Below are positions 1 to 11,539 of a stretch of DNA of 64,000 nucleotides, piece after piece. The notes under the pieces are model-generated. The model was not told the DNA's origin and ran no database searches. It saw nothing but the letters and a program-made list of their open reading frames with translations. This stretch comes from Octopus bimaculoides (Eukaryota): contig NC_068990.1 of assembly GCF_001194135.2 (NCBI RefSeq), forward strand, positions 53,217,713-53,281,712, given 5' to 3'. The position numbers were made by a program, and so were the translations under genes. Each line of letters opens with the position of its first letter. Positions within the stretch are counted from its first letter, which is position 1.

Positions 1-450
1 TCCCCAATCAAGGATATTCCAGTTTGTCAAGAATGAAGGATGAATCAGTGTAATATAGGTATGTGTTATACTGTTCCGTAATAAAATTACAGGTAAGGTC
101 CATTAGCAGTTACAAACAAGAATGTTCAATGATAATCCATGGCAAAGAATAGAGGAAGTTACCAATTTCATTTTTGAATGGAGAGTGAATGAGTAGGAAG
201 AATATACTATAGTGTAGAGGAAGACAGAATGATAGATGTACTGACATAGATATATACTTGTCGAGAGCATAGTTGGGGTATGCTTGTCTAAGCATACCAA
301 AAACATCTGATGCCAAATGTTTTGCTTTTTCAATTTTTCAATTTAATCTGTATCTGCCTGCTCGAGAAGAAACCACTTCAAGCCACCTTCAATAAGCAGT
401 CCTCAATACTACACTTTTCAATTGCATTTGAAGCTGGAGCTTTAGTGGTA
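1..450 (-). mobile_element. Possible degenerate Penelope-like RT C-terminal remnant
   Basis: The minus-strand peptide MLRQAYPNYALDKYI resembles the LxxxxYPxxxIxKxI motif of Penelope-like elements. Support is weak. Confidence 0.25.
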
Positions 451-659
451 GACCAAACTGAGCACTTATAGTACTTACCTATTTCATATCATCAGTTGTT
501 GAAAACTGCTTGCATATTCTGTGTGTAATCACAAGCCAACCAATGCCTTGTAAGAACATTTGGCAGATGGAAACTGTGTGGAAGGGTGTCATATGTGTGT
601 GCGTCTTTTTTCTGTGTTTGTCTCTCACTTTACTGCTTGACAACTGGTGTTGTTTGGGT

Positions 660-810
660 TTGTTTACATCCCCATAATTTAGTAGTTCAGCGAAAGAGAC
701 GGAATAAGTACCGAAATGAATAAAAGTACTAGGGTCAATTTGTTCAAAGTAGTGCTCCAGCATGGCTAAAGTCCAGTGACTGAAACAGGTAAAAAATAAA
801 GATAATAGTT
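660..810 (+). mobile_element. SINE family B, 3' part
   Basis: It shares gtgctccagcatggct...gtgactgaaacaggtaaaa with the copies at 4465-4820 and 32485-32700. Confidence 0.65.
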
Positions 811-951
811 ATACTGTTTTCATTGTGCTATTTTACATTTCAATATGTGTGTGTATATATATATATGAGAAGCTATTTATATGTGAATATATTGATGTGT
901 ATATATGCATATGTATACATTCTCAAGCATATATTCTCTGTATATTCTCCA

Positions 952-990
<39 letters not shown>

Positions 991-1150
991 TTCCAGCATC
1001 ATTTCTACTAATTGATGCAATGTTTGAGATTGTTTTTCTTTGAATCTATAAATCTAATATAAAATGTAAGTTATATTATTTCAAAATTTTAGATGAATCC
1101 CATTTAAATTTAATTATTTATTTATGATTATTTTCTCTTTTTTCTTTCAG

Positions 1151-1216
1151 CATTGAAGCGCAAGTTGATGCTTCGGCGATCTGTTACTGAGCTGGTTGAC
1201 CGAGGCATTTATCCAC
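1151..1216 (+). CDS. MRTF: MRTF exon encoding RPEL1 (xLKRKLMLRRSVTELVDRGIYP), phase 1 to phase 1, 66 nt
   Basis: Polypyrimidine tract tttctttcag precedes 1151 and GTAAGT donor starts at 1217. The translation resembles vertebrate MRTF RPEL1 (LQLKLQQRRTREELVSQGIMP), including RR in place of RP. Confidence 0.93.
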
Positions 1217-1649
1217 GTAAGTTGCAAATGTTTTTTTTTTTCCATTTCCTATTGTTATTGTTGAATGTCTTATCCACTTTTTGTGGAAGGAATGTATTCC
1301 ATTTATTAGGCACATCATTTGTTGTCACTGCCCACTGGGTGGAAGGAGGAGCATGTTGTGGCTGATGCAGGCATGCCACAGGGGAGTGCAATATTTCCAA
1401 TAATTTCTTGATAATGAACAGGTGTGGGTACCATTTGTCAGATACATTTTCCACAGCTCATCTCTTTGGCAGAATTGTACTCACAGGTCTATTAAAAATG
1501 TTAAAGTCCCTTATCTTGTATTAACTTACAATCAATGCTGCAGGTGACAATGGCAGCCTCAATTGGTCTGCTAAAGCAGATAAAACACCAAACCCAGCTG
1601 CAACTGGATAAAATTATTTACTGATAAAACTAATCATACAAAAAAGATT

Positions 1650-2090
1650 AATAATCCTTTCTACTGTAGGCACAAAGCCTGAAATTTGGGGGAGAGGAAT
1701 AGTTGATTATATTGACCCTAGTGTGTCACTGATACTTAAGTTATCAACCCTGAAAGGATGAAAGGTAAAGTCGACCTCGGTGGAATTTGAACTCAGGACG
1801 TAGCGACAGATGAAATATCGCTAAGCATTTCAGCCAACATGCTAATGATTCTGCTAGCTCGCCACCTTAAAAATAATAATAACTTCAAATTTTGGTACAA
1901 AACCAGCAATTTCATGGTTTGGGGTAAGTTGATTACATCTACCCTGGTATTCAACTGGTACTTATTTTATCAACCTTGAAAGGATGAAAGACAAAGTCGA
2001 CCTCAGTGGCATTTGAACTCAGATTGTAAAGATGGATGAAATATCACTAAACATTTTGCTCAGCATGCTAATGACTCTGCCAGCTCACAA
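1650..2090 (-). mobile_element. Two tandem copies of tRNA-derived SINE family A (Deu/Nin-like central domain, (TTA)n tail)
   Basis: The reverse complement has A/B-box-like heads (TGGCGAGCTAGCAGAATC, GAGTTCAAATTC) and the core GCCTTTCATCCTTTCAGGGTTGATAA..AGTACCAG found in more than 20 copies in the window. Confidence 0.8.
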
Positions 2091-2109
2091 CAACAATAAC
2101 AATAATAAA

Positions 2110-2590
2110 CTAAAAGGGGAAGGCAAAAATCCTCTGGGACTTTGACTTCCAAACAAACAAGGTATTAGAGCACCAAAGGCCAGATATAGTAACCTTTAGG
2201 AAAGACAAACAATAATTGACGTAGCAGTGCCAGGAGATCAACATATCATCATGGAAGAAAGAGAAAATGTTGATAAATATGGAGACCTGAGAATTGAGGT
2301 TGCTAAGATGTGAGAGCTACGAGAGTCAAACATAAAGGTTATCCCTACTGTCGTAGCATTGGGTTCAATACCACCCAATCTGAAAAAACATCTGAAAACT
2401 TTATAAATACCCTGCAATCTAGGTGTATTGCAAAAGTCGGCATTACTTGGAACTGCATGCATATTGCGTAAAGTACTTTCTGTCTGAGGTCCTTGTGACA
2501 TTTGACAAACAGTACAAACCCCCGGTAGACACAATATCTTCAATTAACAACCTCACAATATTGTATACTGTGTGATGTCTATAATAATAA
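2110..2590 (+). mobile_element. R4/Dong-type non-LTR retrotransposon 3' end (restriction-like endonuclease domain plus 3' UTR)
   Basis: It translates to KILWDFDFQTNKVLEHQRPDIV...IIDVAVPGD...KYGDLRIEV...LGSIP...LQKSALLGTACILRKVLSV*, a PD-(D/E)xK endonuclease with in-frame stops. It ends in (TAA)n. Confidence 0.8.
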
Positions 2591-3784
2591 CTAGCAGGCG
2601 TATCCGGCGTTGCCTAGGGCTGTTTGTTAAGTATGCCTGGTCAGCGTAGTCTCCCATGAAGTAGAGCTGAAGAAACTGAGGCGAGGCAGCGTAATGCAGC
2701 TGCAGGGAACCAATTCTATGGTAAATCTGCCCCTGCACTTCAAAGGAAGGCACGAAATACCCATCTTGTATGATGTTGGTGCTGAAGGAAGTCATTTGGA
2801 ACGCGCAGTTGTCGGCATGTATCTGCTTGAGAAAGTCATGAGAATAAGGAGACACCCCTGTCAAAAGGAGTGGAATATCTTGTAGAAGAGGTACTGTAAT
2901 CTTACCATTGGAGCAGCACATGCCGGGAGTTGAGGAAGAATCTCTTGTAAGTTGATCTGTATGTTGTGCTGCAGTCCTTGAAGCTTGTGCAGCAGCAGTA
3001 GAGGAGGCACTTCTTGTTCAGTGTGCTGAATGTTGCTTGTTGCTCTGAGCAGCTCGTTGCACAGCAATATGTGCTAACCGATCACAGCACTGCTCTTCAC
3101 TTTCTCTTCTTCGCACTGAAGCCATCCTAAGTGCATTGAGAGAGTTCCTCCTGGCGGCGTCCTCAGCAGATTTATTTGCATGCATATGTTTACTTTTCTT
3201 TGCAGCATTTGTTTGGCGACCTATATTGGATCTTTTGCATCGAGGCAGGGTGGAAAATTATCAGTTTACACAATAGAAAAAGTCCTAAGGAAAAAGCGGT
3301 GAATGTGTAGCCCCCCAAAAATAGTAAAATGTAGTTCGCAAAAATGTTAATCAAACAGACCGAATTAAGGATTTTTAATTTTGGGTAAGAGTTTTGAAGT
3401 GGCTTGAAATTGGAATAATTATATAAAAAAGAGCGCTGATGTGGGAACAGAGGCAAATCGTAACTTGCAAATGAATACTGCTGGTAGTACTATACAAGCA
3501 ATCGATAAGAGCTTGCCACAACTGACAAAGTAAAGTATTAATTTTTTCCAGCTGGGTGTGTGTCACGTATTTTTCGCTGGCTCAATCAAAATCCTAGGCA
3601 AATTGAGAGTAGTCTATTTATGTTGGGGGCACGGAATTTCAAGGAAAAAATTATAAGCAAAAGCATCTTAAGTCAAAGAGAGCATACATGTCAAATTTGG
3701 TGAAATTCAGTTGAAAATTGTAGGCGTAGAAGTATTTCACACAACACAGACAGACAGACAACTTGCCTTTTAATATATATAAGA
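2591..3784 (-). mobile_element. Internally deleted Helitron with both termini and a Rep N-terminal fragment
   Basis: The minus-strand 5' end is A|TCTTATATATATTAAAAGG plus a (GTCT)n tract. The 3' end is a GGCAACGCC hairpin followed by CTAG|T. ORF 2553-2921 carries MCCSNGK, FQMTSF and QGQIYHRIGSL..PQFLQLYFMGD, typical of Helitron RepHel. Confidence 0.88.
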
Positions 3785-3794
3785 TAATATTAAT

Positions 3795-4198
3795 AATAAT
3801 AATCCTTTCTACTAAAGGTACAAAACCTGAAATTATGGGAGAGGGGACTAGTCGATTACATTAACCCCAGTTTTTCACTGGTACTTAATTTATCAACCCC
3901 GAAAAGATGAAAGACAAAGTCAACCTTGATGGAATTTGAACTTGGAATGTAGCGACAGGCGTGCCCAGCATGCTAACAAGTCTGCCAGGTTGCCACCTTA
4001 ATAATAATAATAATCCTGTCTACTAAAGGTACAAGGCCTGAAATTTGTGGGCAGGGATAGTTGAATATATTGAACCCCTGAAAGGATGAAAGGCAAAGTC
4101 AACCTTGATAGAATTTGAACTCAGAACATAGTGACAGGTGAAATACCGCTAAGCATTTTTTCCAGCATGTTAACAATTCTGTCAGTTTGCAGCCTTGT
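3795..4198 (-). mobile_element. Two tandem SINE family A copies
   Basis: Same core and (TAA)n junctions as 1650-2090. Confidence 0.78.
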
Positions 4199-4464
4199 AA
4201 TGATAATAATAACAATAATAATAGAATAAGCTTTTAGCTACATTTATGAATAGGTATCAGTTCGAAGACCTGCAATGAAAAATCAGGCTGCATACCAGAA
4301 TTAAATAACTCTTTTAGCTTGATTTACACTGTAGTTGACTCTGAAATACTGACTGATAGCTGTAATGTCAATTGATATAGCAATACTAACGATAGTGTCT
4401 AGAAAAAGTTGATCAGCTATCTCTATTGGTCATAAAACATTTTTTAAAAAAGTGTTTTATATTA

Positions 4465-4820
4465 GGTGCAGACGTGGCTGTGTGGTAAGAAGCTTGCTTC
4501 CCAACTCCCAACCACATGATTCAGGGTTCAGTCTCACTGTGTGGCACTTTAGTGTCTTCTACTATAGCCTCAAGCTGACCAAAGTCTTGTGAGTGGATTT
4601 GGCAGACAGAAACTGAAAGAAGCCTGTCATGTATATATATGTGTGTGTGTGTGTGTGTGCTTACGTCCCTGTAACTTAGCAGTTTGTCAAATAGACTGAG
4701 AGAATAAGTAGTAGACTTAACGAAAAGTAAGTACTAGGATCAATTCATTCAACTAAAAGTTCTTCATCATGCTGGTACCTCAGTATGGCTGCAGTCAAAT
4801 GACTAAAATAAGTAAAAGAA
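4465..4820 (+). mobile_element. SINE family B (tRNA-like head, internal TA/TG microsatellite)
   Basis: The head gtggctgtgtggtaagaagcttgcttccc...gggttcagtc recurs at 31628, 54360 and (reversed) 24240. The tail is gcagtcaaatgactaaaataagtaaaag. Confidence 0.78.
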
Positions 4821-4992
4821 AAAAAGATTGATTTTTTTTTTTTTAAGAAAGAAGTAAAGTAATGCAGAATGTTTAATAATCAGTTTTATTTTTGTTTTGT
4901 TACTGCATCTAGTATTGAAATAAGTAGGTGAACACTAGTTGGTGTTGATCTTCAAAGTGAGGTAATACTGTAACATGTTCCAGATGACTCCC

Positions 4993-5023
<31 letters not shown>

Positions 5024-5630
5024 TTTCTCTCTCNNNNNNNNNNCTCTCTCTTTCTCTCTCTTTCTCTCTCTCTTTCTCTCTTTCTCTCTTTCAACCTTCA
5101 ACCCTTGCTTTCTCTCTCTTTCTCTTTCAACCTTCAACCCTTGCTTTCACTTCCATTTCTGAAGGAATCTATACCTTAGAATGTTTTCATAATCTTCTTC
5201 TTGAGTTAAAGAAACAAAAAGGTTTTGAAATGGGCGGGGTGGGGGGACATACATTACAAAACACAACTGAAATCCTGCATTGTGTTTAACAGAGATTTAG
5301 CTATTGGTGTGTGTGTGTATGCATAGGCTTGTGTATGTACACATACACTTGTGATTTTACATATACAAATATAGATATATGTATATAGACCTATACATAC
5401 ATGCAAAAACACACACACACACACACAATATATATTTTATGCCAGCTCACAGGCACACACATGTATATGTACATACACATGCGTGCACACACATGCGTGC
5501 ACACACACATACAATTGAATGCTAGCTTTCCAAACTACTAATCACTATTTTATCAGTTTATTTAAATTTTACTTTATTTAATTTTGTTTTTAATATTTTA
5601 TTAATACTTCATTTGTTGTTGTTGTTGCAG

Positions 5631-5686
5631 CTCTTAAAACACCCCCTGCATATGCAGAACAAAGAAAGCAGCTGGAACGGGCAAAG
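5631..5686 (+). CDS. MRTF: MRTF exon, RPEL1-RPEL2 linker (PLKTPPAYAEQRKQLERAK), phase 1 to phase 0, 56 nt
   Basis: Acceptor gttgttgcag ends at 5630 and donor AAG|GTAGAG starts at 5687. It joins the previous exon in frame and resembles PLKSPAAFHEQRRSLERAR of MRTF-A. Confidence 0.93.
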
Positions 5687-6776
5687 GTAGAGTACTTCTG
5701 CTATTATAAAGCTGTCTACCAATAATAAGACAACCACCCTCTCCAAAACCACCATCACTGCTCCCTTCCTCTTCTTATTGCTTCTTTTTCTTCTAGAGAA
5801 AGGTTATAACGATTTACAACTTGGTCTGTTTTATGTTGACTTTATATTGGGTGTTTCACATGTTTTTATATACACACACAGCAAATATATATGCACATGC
5901 GTGTATGTGAAAATGAGAAGGTATGTGTATGTATTGCTTTAGATTTGTTCTAGTTCTGAGACAGACAACCATGAGTTCTCAAGCACACATGTACACTGAA
6001 TCACTTGCACACATATATACTTGTACAAAACAACATAAACATAGATAAGCACTCATTTACCCAGATGCATGCTCACAACATACATGCATAAACAGATAAA
6101 TCCTCACAGAAATGTGCACCCGTCCAAACCCAGATATCTGCTGTGAAATTCTCCCTTAGTTGAGGTGTCTTAGTTTAAGGTTAGTTAGCTGTTTTGACAT
6201 CAACACCAAAAAATATTGTTTAAATAAATATCAAAGATGAAACAGTAAGTTGTTGTTCTCAACCCTCTTTTGTTTTCGCTTCTGTTATCCAATGTCTGCC
6301 ATGACCTTCTCTACAAGATCATCTATTCTCAGTCATAGACCTGGTTTTTAATAGTTACATAATGGAATATCTGTTAAATTATTGGTTCTTTTAGTATGAA
6401 GCTCTCAACAGTTTTGATGTATGAAGAGAACATGAAGCTTCTTATAAACTAACAACATTCTTCATGCTAACAGTTAAACACCATTGCTATTAGATTTGTT
6501 GATGTTATTCATTCCTCTTACCATGTCAAGCTTTTAGGGTTCTCTCACCAACTCCTGTTCTGGTTCTCTCTGTTGAAGCTGGGCTGTCATTGTCAGTTCA
6601 GTCTGAAGAGAATGTGTATCTAATTATCCATATATACAGAGAATGTGTATTTAATTATTCATATATACAGTAAAAGAATTATGTAGTGTTACAAATGTGG
6701 GTTTTACAAGGAGTTGTAAAGTGGAGACAAGGAGAAAAACACGGAGAAAAAAAATTGAATAGTGTTCAGTCAACGG

Positions 6777-6816
<40 letters not shown>

Positions 6817-7937
6817 AGGGTGATTTATGGTTTTTGAGTAAGGCCAGTGTGGTTTGAATCAGCTTGGTTTGTGTTGATGTCTAGAGGGGAACATTTTTAG
6901 CTTTTTATTGTGGGAACAGTTTGAATATATAGCTTGGGAATTTTCTTTGGTTTGCTTGATTGGGACTTTTGATGAGAACGTTGACCCAACAGGCATTCAC
7001 CTCAAGATATACATGTATAAAGTTTGCTAGCCTAACTGTCTATAATTCTGTTGTTGTTAATCCATGAAAGATTAATAGGTAAAGACCCTCTGTTAGGGAA
7101 GTATTTGAGAGTGTGGTAATCCTTCAGGTGAGACCCAAAAGTTCAGCTCTGGAACATATGATAGTGAGATCTTCAGGCTAGCATCAGAAGAATGGAGGTT
7201 CACCTTGAATTAAGAAGGGAAAGCTCAATAGCTCCCTATCTCTTTGAAGTTGTACCTCTATTTCTGATAATGTAATGGAAAATAGAATGAGCATAGTTAG
7301 TTTTTACTTATCACAAGTCAAATCAGATGAGTTAAGTGCTTTGTTCTATGTAGAAGTTAGCATAGAAAAGAAGCTATGTGCCAGATAATTAACTATTTAA
7401 CATCTACTGGATGTATCATGGTAAACTGCTCAACATCTGTAAATGAAACCTCAAACCCACCCACCTATATCATCTAAATTTCACTCAGAGATACATCTCT
7501 GAAACCTTAATCTTAGTTGTATAATTTGTAATGTTTATTCCAATTACATTTTGTACTTTTAGAGAAAAAAAAAGAAGCTATTTTTCATTTAAAATATACA
7601 GAAGGCTGCTGTAGATTGACTTTTTATAGTGATGTTAACATGGATGTGTGTATGAGAATAAGATGTTAGAAAAAAATGTCAGCATTGGTAGTTATTAAAT
7701 TGTCAATAATTAGGTTAGAAATATAACTATTTCTTGTATTTTAGAAAAGTAATTAGTGTGTTTGTTTTTGTATCTAAAACTGTTGAGTTTCTGTCTCTTG
7801 ACATCTTTTAAGTCTTCATTTTTCTAAGTTTAACTCAATTGAACAACCACATTTAATTTTAGTCAACAACAACAACAGTATTTTATCTGCAGAAAACTCA
7901 TTTGGAACTAACTACAATATTTCCCGATTGAATTTGT

Positions 7938-8108
7938 CCCTTTCTCAAATGAAGTCGTCCCTTTCTCAAATGAATTCATCTCTTTCTCAAATGAATTCAT
8001 TCTTTTGTTGAATCAATTCATCCTTTTCTTGAATGAATTCATCTTTTTCTTGAATGAATTCATCCTTTTCTTGAATGGATTCATCCTTTTCTTGAATGAA
8101 TTCATCCC
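7938..8108. repeat. 21-bp minisatellite, about 8 copies (consensus ATCCTTTTCTTGAATGAATTC)
   Basis: Direct tandem units are visible. The first copies carry ctcaaatg and the later copies cttgaatg. Confidence 0.85.
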
Positions 8109-8149
8109 TTTGATATCAAAGCCAATTAAGATCTTAAATATTTAAAAAC

Positions 8150-8510
8150 TATCAATGCATCCCAGCAATGCCCGAGTGTTATGACCTACAGGCACATTGT
8201 ATTATTTGCTCCTTTCTTATGGGCAGAATCAGCACAGCTGATATATAGTTAATGGAATAATGGAAGTTATTGTTTGTTTAATAGTGAAGGGCGAGGGTAC
8301 GATTTGCATGAAAGTGCTTTCTGTTCTTAAGAAGGATCAGAAACTAGGTATTGTTTCATCGCATAAAAGGGGTTAATACGAGTTTGTCTAGAAATCACGT
8401 TTTCAATATCTAAATTTCCCCCTATCCCCACCGCAATTTCTTAATTTGTAACTTTTTTTAGGGGGAGGGTTATCTATGTAGAAAAATACAGAGATTATGA
8501 CTCTGGGAAA
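8150..8510 (-). mobile_element. Possible small non-autonomous Helitron
   Basis: The reverse complement of 8150-8180 (ACTCGGGCATTGCTGGGATGCATTGATAGT) resembles a Helitron 3' hairpin with a degenerate CTAG|T end. The 5' end is unclear. Confidence 0.3.
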
Positions 8511-8628
8511 TATATATACATATATATATATATATATGGGAGAATGTACGAAAAAACAATAACAGACGAGGACAGGTGGTGTAAACAACAAAAGGATGTA
8601 TTAGTATGACGCTCGGGAATACGGAAAG

Positions 8629-8665
8629 TCTTTGACGTTTCGAGCTACGCTCTTCAACAGAAAGA
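8629..8665 (-). ncRNA. Minimal type-I hammerhead-ribozyme-like motif (A6U core variant) within a (TA)n-flanked repeat at 8538-8727
   Basis: The minus strand reads UCUUU-CUGUUGA-A-GAGC-GUA-GCUC-GAA-ACGU-C|AAAGA. This gives stem I UCUUU/AAAGA, stem II GAGC/GCUC, a palindromic ACGU stem III and a GUC cleavage triplet. Confidence 0.55.
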
Positions 8666-8976
8666 ATACGGAGACAAGGAGAAAAACACGGAGAAAAAAA
8701 ATTGAATAGTGTTCAGTCAACGGTCATATATATATANNNNNNNNNNNNNNNNNNNNNNNNNNNNNNNNNNNNNNNNNNNNNNNNNNNNNNNNNNNNNNNN
8801 NNNNNNNNNNNNNNNNNNNNNNNNNNNNNNNNNNNNNNNNNNNNNNNNNNNNNNNNNNNNCAATTTCTTAATTTGTAACTTTTTTTAGGGGGAGGGTTAT
8901 CTATGTAGAAAAATACAGAGATTATGACTCTGGGAAATATATATACATATATATATATATATATGTATATATATTG

Positions 8977-9653
8977 GAAGAGGTAGGCCCAGGAAGACCT
9001 GAGATGAGATGGTGAGGCACGACCTCCGAACATTGGGCCTCATGCTGTGCGTGAGAAGACCCAGCAAGCCAAGTGAGACCTAAATCCAAGGCCTCTGCCA
9101 GGGGTGTAGCCAGCCCACTCATGCGTACCTTCCTTCATTGGACACTAAACTCCGCATGCGAAGACCTGTTGAGGCAAGTGAAATCGAAATCGAACTAAAT
9201 TCAGTGACTGGCACCCATGCCAACGTCTCTTTCATTGAACACTAAACTTGCCTTGCGAAGACCTGTTGGGGCAAGCAAAAGCGAAATCGTGATGGCACCT
9301 GTGCCCAGCGTCGCCTTCCTGGCACTTGTGTCGGTGGCACGTGTAAAGACATTTGAGTGAGATCGTTACCAGTTCCACTGGACTGGCTCCTGTGCAGGTG
9401 ACACATAAAATACACCATTTTGAGCGTGGCCGTTGCCAGTACCACCTGACTGGCCTTCATGCCAGTGGCACGTAAAAGCACCCACTACACTCTCGGAGTG
9501 GTTGACGTTAGGAAGGGCATCCATCTGTAGAAACTCTGCCAAATCAGATTGGAGCCTGGTGTAGCCATCTGGTTCACAAGTCCTCAGTCAAATCGTCCAA
9601 CCTATGCTAGCATGGAAAGCGGACGTTAAACGATGATGATGATGATGATGATG
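8977..9653 (+). mobile_element. RTE-clade LINE 3' end with long 3' UTR and (GAT)n tail
   Basis: GGAAGAGGTAGGCCCAGGAAGACC encodes GRGRPRKT, the RTE ORF2 C-terminus. The tail is atgctagcatggaaagcggacgttaaacgatgatgat. Confidence 0.8.
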
Positions 9654-11539
9654 NNNNNNNNNNNNNNNNNNNNNNNNNNNNNNNNNNNNNNNNNNNNNNN
9701 NNNNNNNNNNNNNNNNNNNNNNNNNNNNNNNNNNNNNNNNNNNNNNNNNNNNNNNNNNNNNNNNNNNNNNNNNNNNNNNNNNNNNNNNNNNNNNNNNNNN
9801 NNNNNNNNNNNNNNNNNNNNNNNNNNNNNNNNNNNNNNNNNNNNNNNNNNNNNNNNNNNNNNNNNNNNNNNNNNNNNNNNNNNNNNNNNNNNNNNNNNNN
9901 NNNNNNNNNNNNNNNNNNNNNNNNNNNNNNNNNNNNNNNNNNNNNNNNNNNNNNNNNNNNNNNNNNNNNNNNNNNNNNNNNNNNNNNNNNNNNNNNNNNN
10001 NNNNNNNNNNNNNNNNNNNNNNNNNNNNNNNNNNNNNNNNNNNNNNNNNNNNNNNNNNNNNNNNNNNNNNNNNNNNNNNNNNNNNNNNNNNNNNNNNNNN
10101 NNNNNNNNNNNNNNNNNNNNNNNNNNNNNNNNNNNNNNNNNNNNNNNNNNNNNNNNNNNNNNNNNNNNNNNNNNNNNNNNNNNNNNNNNNNNNNNNNNNN
10201 NNNNNNNNNNNNNNNNNNNNNNNNNNNNNNNNNNNNNNNNNNNNNNNNNNNNNNNNNNNNNNNNNNNNNNNNNNNNNNNNNNNNNNNNNNNNNNNNNNNN
10301 NNNNNNNNNNNNNNNNNNNNNNNNNNNNNNNNNNNNNNNNNNNNNNNNNNNNNNNNNNNNNNNNNNNNNNNNNNNNNNNNNNNNNNNNNNNNNNNNNNNN
10401 NNNNNNNNNNNNNNNNNNNNNNNNNNNNNNNNNNNNNNNNNNNNNNNNNNNNNNNNNNNNNNNNNNNNNNNNNNNNNNNNNNNNNNNNNNNNNNNNNNNN
10501 NNNNNNNNNNNNNNNNNNNNNNNNNNNNNNNNNNNNNNNNNNNNNNNNNNNNNNNNNNNNNNNNNNNNNGATGGGTAAAATTCTTAAAAATTTATACTGT
10601 TTTGTCTCCATGTATTACCAAAAATAAAAATTTGAAAAATGTAAAAAATGAATTTGGTGTGGAGAGGGAGGAAATTAAAATATTGGGAATGTATTCTGTG
10701 GGTGAAATCCTAATCTCCTGTATTGAAAACATAGGAATCAGAAGAAATTTAGGGAAAAAAATAAGTGGGGGGCGGAAATGTCACCTCAGACATGCTAGAA
10801 AGAAGAGATAAAGGACAGGAATTCTGTGAAAACTTCCTTTTAAGTTTATATTGAAGATCAGGTTTTTAAATATGCTCATCATAAACACAAATTACATAAT
10901 AAAGATCATTTCAATTGGATTTGAGCTGTAAATTTGTGCATGCACACTGCAAGAGATAACATAATTTGCACAGAAGTTTTACCTCGAGTGTGTGAATGTG
11001 TATCAGACGAAGTTATATTATGGCATTCTTTCATTTGATGAAGCAAAGTTGTCAACTTGACATATATGGAATCATGCGGTTGTTTTGGTTGTGGCTTATT
11101 TTAATACAATATTTATGTGTACATTTTCATAAATGTTTGTCTGAGTAGAATTCTACGCATGCATGAAACATCGGACGAAAGTGAAACATTGGAAGTAAAT
11201 CAAAATATTGTCTGAATATGACTTGAAAATCATGCGACCCAACATAGTTTCTGAGGTTATTTTAGTTGTAAAAAAGAGTTCTTGAATCAAAAACATAGTT
11301 TATTTGGTAGATAGTTAATAAGGCGTTTTCTTTATTATAATATAGATGTGACTAATTCAGAGAAACATTACTTTCATTATTCACACATTGTCACTCTCAT
11401 AATACAACTTTTTGTAATTTTGGTTCAAATTGAAAGTGTGAAACTATTTTCATTTTCTAATGAAACCTGGTCATTGTAGAGAAGCGTATTTGAAATAACT
11501 ATAGCTGGTTGTTGAGATAATGTAGAAAATATGTAAGTG

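Noticed and set aside
3220-3229. Perfect CArG boxes (CCTATATTGG here, CCATTTTAGG at 40223-40232) as SRF/MRTF autoregulatory sites
   Set aside because: Both lie inside TEs, and a few CC(A/T)6GG matches are expected by chance in 64 kb of AT-rich DNA. There is no clustering or conservation evidence.
6200-7270. Possible decayed Penelope-like coding remnants here and at 34100-34500, 60100-60550 and 62300-62720
   Set aside because: Only short, ambiguous motif resemblances were found across several frames, which is not supportable without a profile search.
8861-8962. Exact duplicate of 8434-8535 across a gap
   Set aside because: It is identical sequence starting right at the gap edge and ending in (TA)n, most likely an assembly overlap artefact.
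9607-10811. Long ORFs of 334 and 392 aa, and similar ORFs at 16372-17969 and 46204-47953
   Set aside because: They are open only because they run through N-gaps. The sequenced parts are microsatellite or TE sequence.
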